Part shown: in pieces, positions 22,768 to 32,048 of the stretch
Numbering within the stretch: the first letter of the stretch is position 1
Layout: each line of letters begins with the position of its first letter
Notes under the pieces: generated by a model
Databases searched by the model: none
What the model was told of the DNA's origin: nothing
Seen by the model: only the letters and a program-made list of their open reading frames with translations
Assembly (NCBI GenBank): GCA_038121585.1
Contig: JAYONY010000003.1
Coordinates: forward strand, 25,866 to 89,865
Source of the DNA: an archaeon
GTDB taxonomy: Archaea > Nanobdellota > Nanobdellia > Pacearchaeales > GW2011-AR1
Length of the DNA: 64,000 nt
Direction of reading: 5' to 3'
Position numbers and translations under genes: made by a program

Positions 22768-23412
22768 TTATGTTTTAAGCAATCGATTAATATAGTCTTC
22801 TTGATCTTCAAATACGTGCGCTGAAATTGAATACGTCGTTATCGAACCACATTTTTTCTTAAGTGCCTTCGCGATATAATCCTGCAGTACTGAAACTTGA
22901 TAGACATTCGCTGGCCATCCGAAAAAAACATCATTACTACGAATAATAGTTGTTACATCAAGCATCTCGCCCTTAACATTACAATTCATCATTATCATAC
23001 CAGGCATGTCTTTCCTATCAATCATTGCATCTTTACTTGGCTCATAAAAGACAATGGTTGCCCTGCGACTCGTTGGATCATCCTTAAGGAGTGGGATAAG
23101 ATAGTCATCAATTTGATTACTCCCCGTATGATTAAAAGCTCGTGCACCATACGTATAATACAATCCAGGAATTTCTTTTTTTGTGAGCATGACTCGCTCC
23201 ATTTCCTCAAGTGGAGGATATACGAATTTTCCAGAACTATGCAGTATTCTAATAGGTTCTGCAATATCCCCTTTTGCAGGAACACGAATCGTGAGCCCGA
23301 GTACCTCCCTGCAGGCACGTCCATCAGTATCTGCAAACACAGTACCCTGCTTGCTAATATACGCTAATGCCTGTTCCCATGCATGCCGTGCTTTATTATT
23401 ATGAATTTCCAT
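22768..23412 (-). CDS. Thymidylate synthase (ThyA) family protein lacking the catalytic Cys
   Basis: YTYGxR, NQID, TSRRA, RSND..FGWPAN, ISAHVF; PG where PC is expected. Confidence 0.85.
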   Translation of the reverse strand: MEIHNNKARHAWEQALAYISKQGTVFADTDGRACREVLGLTIRVPAKGDIAEPIRILHSSGKFVYPPLEEMERVMLTKKEIPGLYYTYGARAFNHTGSNQIDDYLIPLLKDDPTSRRATIVFYEPSKDAMIDRKDMPGMIMMNCNVKGEMLDVTTIIRSNDVFFGWPANVYQVSVLQDYIAKALKKKCGSITTYSISAHVFEDQEDYINRLLKT

Positions 23413-23413
23413 A

Positions 23414-24016
23414 TTACAAAAAGTCCGTTAGTTTTGCGTCACCCGCAACACCTGAAAAACTATAATTGAAAAGAGGAATTGTATGGCGCTTAAGAAGTAC
23501 TGAAATTTGCTCAATAATCTCACTCGCGTCAAACTCTCCAGCATAATGAATTGTTACTTCATCACCTCCATCAAACACACCCCCCATAGACTCTCTAAGC
23601 GTTAACGCTTTACGAATAGCAGCAGTATCAAAATCTTTTGTTTCACTCACTTCAAGCCGCCCATATTCCGATGTTGAAAGATTGCCTGCAGTACCATATG
23701 CAGGTGCCATGGCAATCTTGAATCGTGTCGCCATACCACAGCTTTTGTAAATTGTTTCCTCAGCCCTTGTAAAAGCATTAACCTTCTTTTTTGCCTCATA
23801 GAGCATTGTTATTACTTGCTGAGGATCAGTCCCTTCCTGGAACAACCCAAAATTCCATAAGCGAATATAATTTCGAGCAATACTTAGAATATCTTCCGCA
23901 TTATCCTCATCATTGCCTGTGAAAAATTCAGTTGCTCGCCTTCGCTGCATCGAGTTAGCTGCAAGAATTGCTTTAGCAGTGCTAACCGCAAGTTCAGAAA
24001 AGCGTTTTGTGTCCAT
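23414..24016 (-). CDS. Hypothetical protein
   Basis: AAGGAG SD before ATG 24016; abuts the ThyA-like gene. Confidence 0.65.
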   Translation of the reverse strand: MDTKRFSELAVSTAKAILAANSMQRRRATEFFTGNDEDNAEDILSIARNYIRLWNFGLFQEGTDPQQVITMLYEAKKKVNAFTRAEETIYKSCGMATRFKIAMAPAYGTAGNLSTSEYGRLEVSETKDFDTAAIRKALTLRESMGGVFDGGDEVTIHYAGEFDASEIIEQISVLLKRHTIPLFNYSFSGVAGDAKLTDFL

Positions 24017-24150
24017 ACCATACTCCTTAAGAAAAACCCCTACATCAATATTTGCAGTTGTTTGCGCACTGCTCAGCAGCGTGGTGTCTGAAGAAACACT
24101 CAAACCATTTATGCGATAAAACTTAAAATGCGTGCACTGCTTAGAAGAGT

Positions 24151-24729
24151 ATGCGCGACTATACACAATATCGATGGTTTTTCACGAGCAATAATGTACT
24201 TGTTGTTGGTGGAAAAAGTGCTGAGCAAAATGATGCCCTCTTAACACGAATTAAAGATACTGAGAGAGAACATGTTGTTATGCACACATCTCATCCTGGA
24301 TCACCCTTCTGCATACTAATTGAACATCCAGCAAACCTTTCCAAACAAGACCTGGCAGAATGCGCGCAATTTTGCGGGTGCTTTTCACGCGCATGGAAAG
24401 AGCGAAAGAAGACTACAAATGTCCATATGTTTGCGAGCGAGCATGTGCATAAAGAGAAAGGAATGAAAGTTGGAACGTGGAGTGTATCCGGAGAAATTAC
24501 GGACTTTATTGTTGAACTCAAGCTTGTGTTCACTAAACAACAAGGCATCTATCGTTGCGTTCCACCGAGTGTAGCGGAAGGAATCATTATTAGACCTGGC
24601 ACCACCGATAAATCAAAACAGATAGACAAATTAAGAAAAGCACTTAAAGATGAAAAAGCTACAAGTGATGCATTATTATCTGCGCTACCTCCAGGCGGGG
24701 TGAGAATTATAGCCACAAAGAGCGTTTGA
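24151..24729 (+). CDS. NFACT RNA-binding (DUF814) domain protein
   Basis: YRWFFTS...VGGKSAEQN, HxxxPGSPF, FSRAWK. Confidence 0.88.
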   Translation: MRDYTQYRWFFTSNNVLVVGGKSAEQNDALLTRIKDTEREHVVMHTSHPGSPFCILIEHPANLSKQDLAECAQFCGCFSRAWKERKKTTNVHMFASEHVHKEKGMKVGTWSVSGEITDFIVELKLVFTKQQGIYRCVPPSVAEGIIIRPGTTDKSKQIDKLRKALKDEKATSDALLSALPPGGVRIIATKSV

Positions 24730-24771
24730 ATTTTTAGATATACATTTAAACAATTTTTTCCTACATTGAGC

Positions 24772-25555
24772 ATGAAGTCAAAGAGAGAGAGGAATAGATA
24801 TTTTTTTGCTCGCAATCTACCCCCTTATTGCATTTACTCTTTCTTTTTTACTCCCACTGAACTTCTTTTATTCAATACTGCTTTTTCTAGCACTACCTTC
24901 CGCATACCTCACACTTCGTGCAAAGAAATATGTTAAAAAAGCATCTATCTTTTCCATTATTGCAAGTGTGCCACTCATTATAGTCATAGACTATATCGGT
25001 CAGCAATCCCTCTCGTGGGCATTTGCATCAAGCATTATACCATTTACCCTGTTTGGAATAGTGCAGTTAGAGGTAATTCTTTGGGCATTTTTCAATATTT
25101 ATTTTGTTATTCTTTTTTACGAATACTTTCTTGATAATCATAATCGTGTTGACTACTGGAAACCACGTATGAAAGTTCTTATTTGGTTCGTTGCTATCTT
25201 AATTTTCAGCTTTTTCTTCTTATATCTTGTAACCGCAGGCAATTTAGCAATCCCTTATTTCTACTTGTGGTTTGGCTCATTATTATTTGGATTCCCCCTC
25301 ATAATGCAACTTATCTATTATCCAAAAACAATGAGTAAAATAATGCTGACGGGAGCCTATTTCTGCTACCTCTCTCTACTGTATGAATATGCTGCAGTTA
25401 TCAAAGGCTGGTGGCACTTTCCAGGAACTGAATTTATCGGATGGATAACGTTGCTTGGAGTATCATTCCCGCTTGAAGAATTTATTTTTTGGATAGTCCT
25501 CTTTGCTATCTCAGTTCTTTGCGCATTTGAATACCTTGATGATGATGAACGTTGA
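24772..25555 (+). CDS. Lycopene cyclase-like membrane protein (possible frameshift near start; alternative TTG start 24806)
   Basis: Two repeats with W-x-F...(P)LE(E) motifs, about 8 TM. Confidence 0.7.
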
Positions 25556-25576
25556 TAACGAACAAAAATAATACAC

Positions 25577-25618
25577 TCCGCCTTGCCACCTGGCGGAATA
25601 CGGATTACGAAGGTTTAA
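25577..25618 (+). pseudogene. Displaced 3' end of the NFACT gene
   Basis: Encodes SALPPGGIRITKV* versus SALPPGGVRIIATKSV* at 24679-24729. Confidence 0.7.
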
Positions 25619-25645
25619 AAGCAATTTTCTAGTTGCAAGAACGAT

Positions 25646-25727
25646 AAAACAATGAAATTCCAACTCAGAAGCTCACACTTCTGGCAGTAATTTCACCAAT
25701 AGAAACAAAACAATGAAATTCCAACTC
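25646..25727 (+). repeat. 21-bp direct repeat of the yhbY start
   Basis: AAAACAATGAAATTCCAACTC at 25646-25666 and 25707-25727. Confidence 0.9.
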
Positions 25728-25949
25728 GGTAAACAAGGAATCACTGAAGGCGTTATTACTAGTTTGACGAACGCGTTCAAAACGCATAAATCAATTCGTA
25801 TTTCAGTGCTCCCAAGCGCATCAGAAGACCGTAAAACACATATGAAACAGCTTGCTGACGAGCTCTGTGCTAAACTACCAGGAACCTATAGCTACACCAT
25901 TATCGGATTCGTAATCGTCCTTAAACGAAAAGGAGCACCTGCCCATTAA
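25713..25949 (+). CDS. YhbY/CRM RNA-binding protein
   Basis: QLGKQGIT...IGFVIVL; upstream of rps19e. Confidence 0.85.
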   Translation: MKFQLGKQGITEGVITSLTNAFKTHKSIRISVLPSASEDRKTHMKQLADELCAKLPGTYSYTIIGFVIVLKRKGAPAH

Positions 25950-25989
25950 TAACAAGATTTATAAGGGCTTTATTTTAGGTTAGCATACT

Positions 25990-26415
25990 ATGAACAGTGT
26001 ACAATCAGTTGAACCAGGAGTATTTAACACGCAATTAGCACAAGCCCTCAAAGAACGCAAAGCAGAGTTTGAAGCCCCAGAATGGGCCGCACTTGTTAAA
26101 ACAGGAACGCATACTATGCGACCAACTGCAAATCCTGACTTTTGGCATGCTCGAGCAGCAAGTATTCTCCGTCAAATATACCTTCAAGAAACAGTGGGAG
26201 TGCAACGCCTACGAACACGATATGGTGGAAAGAAGAATCGTGGTGGAAAGCCAAGCAAATTCAAGCGTGGCGGAGGAAAAATTATTCGAATAATACTCCA
26301 ACAAGCAGAAACAGCAGGCCTCGTGCAAAAAGCACCTGAAGGACAAAAAGCAGGAAGACAATTAACACCTGAAGGTAAAGAATTCTTAGAAAACGTTGCG
26401 GGAGCAAAGCAATGA
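25990..26415 (+). CDS. rps19e: 30S ribosomal protein eS19
   Basis: PEWAALVKTG, RAASILR, GRQLTPEG. Confidence 0.97.
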   Translation: MNSVQSVEPGVFNTQLAQALKERKAEFEAPEWAALVKTGTHTMRPTANPDFWHARAASILRQIYLQETVGVQRLRTRYGGKKNRGGKPSKFKRGGGKIIRIILQQAETAGLVQKAPEGQKAGRQLTPEGKEFLENVAGAKQ

Positions 26416-26497
26416 AACTCACAACAACTATGAGTTTCATACAACGAGAATCAATGATTCTCGAGCTTGAACATTCCCTGTTTGGAGGAATGTTCAA

Positions 26498-26704
26498 ATG
26501 ACTCGCTCACATCAAAAAAAGATTAAGTTAGGCGTTGCGGGACGTCGAACAAAATGGGCCCCTGTTTGGGCTGTTTTGCGTAAAGTGGGACAAGGCCAAT
26601 CACGACGAACACACCCATCACAACTTACTGCTCAACGACGCCACTGGCGAAGAACCAAACTAAAAATTACTCCGCGAAAAGCGAAGAAGAAACACCTCGG
26701 ATAA
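26498..26704 (+). CDS. rpl39e: 50S ribosomal protein eL39
   Basis: KKIKLG, PVW, RRHWRRTKLK. Confidence 0.92.
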   Translation: MTRSHQKKIKLGVAGRRTKWAPVWAVLRKVGQGQSRRTHPSQLTAQRRHWRRTKLKITPRKAKKKHLG

Positions 26705-26705
26705 A

Positions 26706-27008
26706 ATGATGGACACCTATGATTATTTTACAGATCCTGAAGCACGAATGATTACAAAAGCATATCGTGTAGACGGCATGAGTAATGAAAAACTATCCGT
26801 ACAATTAGCTATTGCAGAAAGAGATGGTGAATATGGGGAAGTATATCGATCATTTCCAACCCACCCCTCTAACGTTAGAGTTGGATACGGACACGGAGAA
26901 GGAACCCTCATTGTACGTTCACCACGAGAAGCAGTTGACGATTTTCGAACCAGCCTAGAAACTGACCTAGGAACAATTTTACAGGAGATAGACAATGGCA
27001 GAGAGTAA
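26706..27008 (+). CDS. Hypothetical protein inserted between rpl39e and rpl31e
   Basis: 100-aa ORF abutting rpl39e and overlapping rpl31e. Confidence 0.6.
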   Translation: MMDTYDYFTDPEARMITKAYRVDGMSNEKLSVQLAIAERDGEYGEVYRSFPTHPSNVRVGYGHGEGTLIVRSPREAVDDFRTSLETDLGTILQEIDNGRE

Positions 27009-27546
27009 GACAGAACGAGATTATATTGTACCACTACGACAATCATGGATTAAGAAAGTACGGTATAAGCGTACACGCGCAAGTGTAATGGCAATTAAAG
27101 AATTTGTTGCACGCCACATGAAAGTACCTGACCGTGATATATCAAAAGTTAAGCTTGATACCTACTTGAATAATGAACTTTGGTTCCGCGGAGCTCGCAA
27201 ACCACCTGCAAAAGTAAAAGTACATGTTAAACGAGACGGTGATTTTGTACTCGTAACCCTTGCAGAAACACCTGAACTTGTTAAATTTGCGCAAAAGCGA
27301 CAAGAAAAGCGCCACAAGCCAGCAACAACTAAGAAAGCTAAGAAAGAAGACTCTGCCCAGGGTGCCTCAAAGACAGAGGAAAAGAAAGACGATAAATCTG
27401 AAGATGAGAAGAAAGCAGAATCTGAGAAAGAAAAGTCAGTAGCAGCAGCAGGACAACAGCAAGCGCAACAAACTGCTAAAGCACAAAAACACACTGTGCA
27501 AACACAAAAAACTCCTCAAGTGCAACGAAAAGCTTTGAAGAAGTAA
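26995..27546 (+). CDS. rpl31e: 50S ribosomal protein eL31 with charged C-terminal tail
   Basis: ERDYIVPLR, LNNELWFRG..KPP. Confidence 0.95.
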   Translation: MAESKTERDYIVPLRQSWIKKVRYKRTRASVMAIKEFVARHMKVPDRDISKVKLDTYLNNELWFRGARKPPAKVKVHVKRDGDFVLVTLAETPELVKFAQKRQEKRHKPATTKKAKKEDSAQGASKTEEKKDDKSEDEKKAESEKEKSVAAAGQQQAQQTAKAQKHTVQTQKTPQVQRKALKK

Positions 27547-27589
27547 AGCTTTATCAACTTCTAGTAATTACTTTAATTGAGGTGAGACA

Positions 27590-28747
27590 ATGGCTAAATT
27601 TGTAGTATTTGGATCAGGACGTATGGCACACGCTATTGTGTATGATTTACTCAAACAGCGAAGAACTGAACTTGTAACAATAGCAGCACGCGACCAGCGA
27701 GCAGCCAGAGCACTCGTACAAAAACTCCCTAAAGGGAAACGAAACAATGTGCACGTGAAAAAAGTCTCACTTGATAATCGCCCTACAGTACTAAGCATCA
27801 TGCACGAACATACAGTCGCTATTAGTACCATCCCCTATCAGTATAATTATGAATTGGCAAAAGCCGCCATTGCTGCACGATGCCACTTTCTTGATTTAGG
27901 AGGGAATAATACCGTTGTGAAGAAACAATTTACTCTTGCGTCACAAGCAAAGAAAGAACGAGTAGCCATACTCCCCGATGCAGGACTAGCCCCAGGACTA
28001 ACGAGCGTGCTCGTAGCACAAGGACTGACCCACTTTAAGAAAATCAAAGATGTAACCTCAGTGCAAATACGCGTCGGAGGATTACCTCAAAATCCTCACG
28101 GACCCCTCAACTACAAACTAGTCTTCTCAGCTAATGGGTTGCTTAATGAATATATTGAACCTGCAGTAGAGATTGTTCGTAAAAAAGTTGTTGAACTACC
28201 TTCGCTCGAACAATTAGAACGATTGCACTTTAAAGAAGTAGGGTGGTTTGAAGCATTTACCACCTCAGGAGGAACCTCAACAATGCCCCAAACATTCAAA
28301 GGGCTTATTGGAGAACTCAATTACAAAACAATACGCTACCAGGGACACGCAGATATAATGCGCACACTCATACGACTCGGACTTGGCTCATCAAAACCAA
28401 CAATTATTGACGGAGTGCCAGTCAAGCCACGAAAATTGCTCGAACACCTCCTCACCAAAAACCTCACGTATCCAGGAGAGGATATGGTGCTCATACGCGT
28501 AGTCTTACAAAACCCCCACAAAGGAATTATACTGGAATGTGTTGATAGGGAACAACAAGGACTCACTGCTATGCAACGATGCACTGGCTTTCCAGCAGCC
28601 ATAACTGCAGGAATGCTCGGGGACGGAACCATCCGAGGGCGCGGAGTACTCAAGCACGAACTAGACGTACCCCCCGAAAAAATGATTGCTGAACTTGCAA
28701 AACGAGACATTGTGTTTACAACAAAAGGTGCGCAACACGAACAGTAA
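27590..28747 (+). CDS. Saccharopine dehydrogenase / lysine 6-dehydrogenase family protein
   Basis: FGSGRMA, FLDLGG, GLAPGL, VGGLPQ, YKTIRYxGH, TAMQRCTG. Confidence 0.88.
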   Translation: MAKFVVFGSGRMAHAIVYDLLKQRRTELVTIAARDQRAARALVQKLPKGKRNNVHVKKVSLDNRPTVLSIMHEHTVAISTIPYQYNYELAKAAIAARCHFLDLGGNNTVVKKQFTLASQAKKERVAILPDAGLAPGLTSVLVAQGLTHFKKIKDVTSVQIRVGGLPQNPHGPLNYKLVFSANGLLNEYIEPAVEIVRKKVVELPSLEQLERLHFKEVGWFEAFTTSGGTSTMPQTFKGLIGELNYKTIRYQGHADIMRTLIRLGLGSSKPTIIDGVPVKPRKLLEHLLTKNLTYPGEDMVLIRVVLQNPHKGIILECVDREQQGLTAMQRCTGFPAAITAGMLGDGTIRGRGVLKHELDVPPEKMIAELAKRDIVFTTKGAQHEQ

Positions 28748-28778
28748 CCTTAAGTACCGATTTTTAGTTGTTTTTTCA

Positions 28779-29639
28779 ATGATAGACTTACAAAAAATCA
28801 AAGCGAATAAAACAACTGCAGAACTCCTTGAGTTTGGCCTGATAAATATTGACAAGCCAACTGGACCGACATCATTTTGGACATCCCAGTTTGTGAAAAA
28901 ACAACTAGGGCTCAAAAAAACAGCACATTTAGGAACGCTTGACCCAATGGTAACAGGCGTTTTACCAGTAGCCTTGGGACGTGCTTGTCGCTTGAATGAA
29001 TACTTCATGCACCGAGACAAAGTCTATGTAGGCATTATGAGAATTCATGAAGACATTGATGAAAACGTACTCAAAGAAAAAATGCAAGCATTTCTAGGGA
29101 CAATAACTCAATTACCCCCCGTGCGTGCACGTGTTAAACGAGCGAATCGTCAGCGAACCATTAACAAATTTGAACTGCTTGAAAAACAAGGTAAGGACGT
29201 ACTCTTTATTTCTGATGTACAAGCAGGAACCTACATTCGAAAACTTATACATGACCTTGGAGAACAAATAGGTGGAGCACATATGCTTGAGCTACGACGA
29301 ACACGAGCAGGCATGTTCACTGAACAAGAAATCTACACCATGTACGATTTCGAAAAAGCAGTGGCTGCTAATAATGAAGGAGATGAAACACTCCTGCGAG
29401 ATATGATTGTCCCAGGAGAAATTGTTTCAGAACTACTCCCAATCATTACAATTAGCAAGGAATATTTGCAAAAATGTTTGACAGGCTCACCGATTTTTGA
29501 AAGCTTTATTGTAGAACAACCAGCAGATTTAGAAGCAGGAGATAAAGTATGTGTATTCTGTGAAGCACAATTTGTTGGCTGTTACAATTTTATAGGAAAA
29601 GATGATGTAGTTGCTAAAGCAGAATTCGTCTATAATTAA
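28779..29639 (+). CDS. cbf5: Pseudouridine synthase Cbf5 (TruB family)
   Basis: DKPTGPTS, HLGTLDP, QLPP, GTYIRKL, MLELRR. Confidence 0.95.
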   Translation: MIDLQKIKANKTTAELLEFGLINIDKPTGPTSFWTSQFVKKQLGLKKTAHLGTLDPMVTGVLPVALGRACRLNEYFMHRDKVYVGIMRIHEDIDENVLKEKMQAFLGTITQLPPVRARVKRANRQRTINKFELLEKQGKDVLFISDVQAGTYIRKLIHDLGEQIGGAHMLELRRTRAGMFTEQEIYTMYDFEKAVAANNEGDETLLRDMIVPGEIVSELLPIITISKEYLQKCLTGSPIFESFIVEQPADLEAGDKVCVFCEAQFVGCYNFIGKDDVVAKAEFVYN

Positions 29640-30307
29640 AGAGAAGAGTTAGAATCGCCATGAGCGCGTACAATACGATCATCACTTGCAAGATAATCAA
29701 GTGCCTCAAATTGCAATTGCATAATGCGTGATTTTGAAAGCCTCATTTTCCCTGCAATTTTGTGATAGGGAATTCCTTCAAGATAATTACTCTGAATTAT
29801 ATCTGAAAGTTCAAGCGGTAAATCTTGAATTGCACTGCGCACATCCCTATTTGCCTCATGCGAAAGCGTTCTTCTTTCAGACTCTTTAGCATAGATATCA
29901 AGGTTTTCATATGCTAGCTCGCGAAGTAGCTTACCATTACTACGCCATAAGTTATTTTTTAGAGCTTGAGTAAAGTACGAAGAAAACTTTATTCCCTTTT
30001 CAGTAAATCGCTCAGCGCATTTTACTAGTGTCTCAAACCCTTCACCAATAGCATCTTCAAACGGCAATTTCCAAAACTGTTTCCAAACACGCGGAACAAG
30101 CGCATACACGAGATTGATATTCTCCCCAATGAATGAATTACGCTCTTGTAGAAACCGTTCACGAGCACCAGGCACTTCCTGCTCCACTTCTTTTGAAAGA
30201 ACACTCATTCTTTTAGCATACGCTTGCTCTTCTTTTCGAGAGAGTCCTTTACTTTCTGGATTATATCCCCCGTATTCACTTAAAACCTCGCCAATATCGA
30301 TATACAT
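29636..30307 (-). CDS. Sigma-70 family sigma factor-like protein
   Basis: Region 1.2-like LSRKEEQAYAKR, region 2 ENINLV...FEDAIGEG..LVKCAERF..KGIKFSSY, region 4 LP...Y.EG..Y.KIA..MRLSKSRIMQL...AL. Confidence 0.85.
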   Translation of the reverse strand: MYIDIGEVLSEYGGYNPESKGLSRKEEQAYAKRMSVLSKEVEQEVPGARERFLQERNSFIGENINLVYALVPRVWKQFWKLPFEDAIGEGFETLVKCAERFTEKGIKFSSYFTQALKNNLWRSNGKLLRELAYENLDIYAKESERRTLSHEANRDVRSAIQDLPLELSDIIQSNYLEGIPYHKIAGKMRLSKSRIMQLQFEALDYLASDDRIVRAHGDSNSSL

Positions 30308-30381
30308 TTGAGTACATAGCTCAATCAACCTTTAAAAAAATACGTGCAAATCATTAAAACCCTTGATTTCTCCATAGACGT

Positions 30382-30999
30382 ATGCGATCATTCATTTATT
30401 ACTCATCAACCGCGCCTACAATCGGGAAGTTTGGGACTGACCTTATGAAAGCCGGGCGACTTGACATTGCAATACACACAGTCATCGCCTCATTTTTCTT
30501 AAGCCATTCATTTCGCGAAGATGTTCGATTGCACCTTGTGTTTGATGGACCGTCAGACCCACCAAAACACTTAGAACTCAAACCAGTCACTGAAGGGCAA
30601 ACTGGTGTTGACAAGATATACTTGAATAAAAGCAATATTGCAGACGTCATCCGCAAGATGTTGTATAAGTACAAAGAAGGCACTAAGAACGAAGTGTTTC
30701 CCGGCTACTGGGTTGAGAAAAAACCACTTATTGAAGTCTTAAAAGACCGTATTGCACAAGGCGAGCATATTTATGTGTTAGACCGCAAAGGAGAAGACTT
30801 ACGTGACGTCGAACTTGCTGAAAATCCTGTCTTTCTCTTAGGAGATCATCAAGGCAACTTACCAAAACTCAATTCGAAAGAAATGAAACGTTTGAAAGAA
30901 TCAATCACACCCGTCTCAATTGGGAAACGAACGTACTTCGCATCACAAACCGTGGCAATCGTGAATAACGAACTTGATAGACGCGAAGATAGAGCATAG
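30382..30999 (+). CDS. trmY: tRNA (pseudouridine54-N1)-methyltransferase (SPOUT)
   Basis: AGRLDI, FFLSH..R, FLLGDH, VSIG. Confidence 0.9.
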   Translation: MRSFIYYSSTAPTIGKFGTDLMKAGRLDIAIHTVIASFFLSHSFREDVRLHLVFDGPSDPPKHLELKPVTEGQTGVDKIYLNKSNIADVIRKMLYKYKEGTKNEVFPGYWVEKKPLIEVLKDRIAQGEHIYVLDRKGEDLRDVELAENPVFLLGDHQGNLPKLNSKEMKRLKESITPVSIGKRTYFASQTVAIVNNELDRREDRA

Positions 31000-31033
31000 A
31001 TTAGTATTTAAAGAACTAACCGCATAGACGTGT

Positions 31034-31519
31034 ATGGAAAAGAGCGTGTTAGTAATTGCAATACTCGTTTCAGCAGGAATTGTTGTAGGACTAGCACTTA
31101 ATACGCCTGAAACTGTTCAAAACGCACCCCCGGGACTTCTTGAATGTGGTCAAGAACGCCCACATGAATATAAGTTTGATGAAATCTCAGGTTACTCTGA
31201 AAATGCAGATGAAGCTAAGGCGAAGGAAGCATGCGTTAGGTCTGCTTTTGTATTCGTAATGCCTTAGGAGTATGTTTGTGTCTGGAATGACTGTGATGAA
31301 GGGTGTTGGAATGATGTGAAGGATGTTGAGGCAGATATTACGTACGACTGCACTAATGAAATATTAGAAAATAAGCGATGGATGTGCACCTGTACACTAA
31401 AACCAAAAAAAGACTCAGAGTATATTTTAGTAACCCACATGTGTACTCCATGTGAAGATGAAGATTGTCTTTCGTGTAATGTAGAAGATGATTCAAAATT
31501 GGTTACTGGTAGAGGCTAA
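31034..31519 (+). pseudogene. Membrane-anchored Cys-rich protein interrupted by an in-frame TAG (31265-31267)
   Basis: ORFs 31034..31267 and 31316..31519 share a frame; only one stop between them. Confidence 0.6.
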
Positions 31520-31642
31520 ATTAATTGCTATCTATGGCTCTTTACTTTCATGATTCTCCTCATTACTGCCTAGTTAATAACGAGCTTGATCACCGAGACG
31601 ATGCTTAGATGATTATTTATAGTCCTGCGCGTTTTTTAAGCT

Positions 31643-31969
31643 ATGAGAAGTAAATTGTATTCTTGGAATATAGTTTTGAATATACTACTTCTAGCGATTA
31701 TTCCTGGCTTCTTTCTAATGGGCCTGTTTCGCTCGAGTGGCGCACTTGGCGATTGGGCGTTACTGAATTCAATACTTGTGCTTTTCTTTGCTATTCCAAC
31801 GCTCATCCTGGTGAATTGTGGGCTATCCATACTACACCTTAGGATAATCAAAAAAAATTCTTTGACTGAAGGCAAGAAAGCAGCGATAGCAGGCATTGTA
31901 ATTTCGCTGCTTGTCCTTATTTTTCACATTTGGTTCTATATCAGTGCAGCGGCTGCTTTTCCAACATAG
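31643..31969 (+). CDS. Hypothetical membrane protein
   Basis: 3 TM, GKKAAIAGIVIS. Confidence 0.65.
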   Translation: MRSKLYSWNIVLNILLLAIIPGFFLMGLFRSSGALGDWALLNSILVLFFAIPTLILVNCGLSILHLRIIKKNSLTEGKKAAIAGIVISLLVLIFHIWFYISAAAAFPT

Positions 31970-32048
31970 ATAGCCCTTACCGACGACAAACCAATAGCGC
32001 TTGTCTACTATAACAATCATTAAAAACCAATCCTAATTGCTTTTTATC

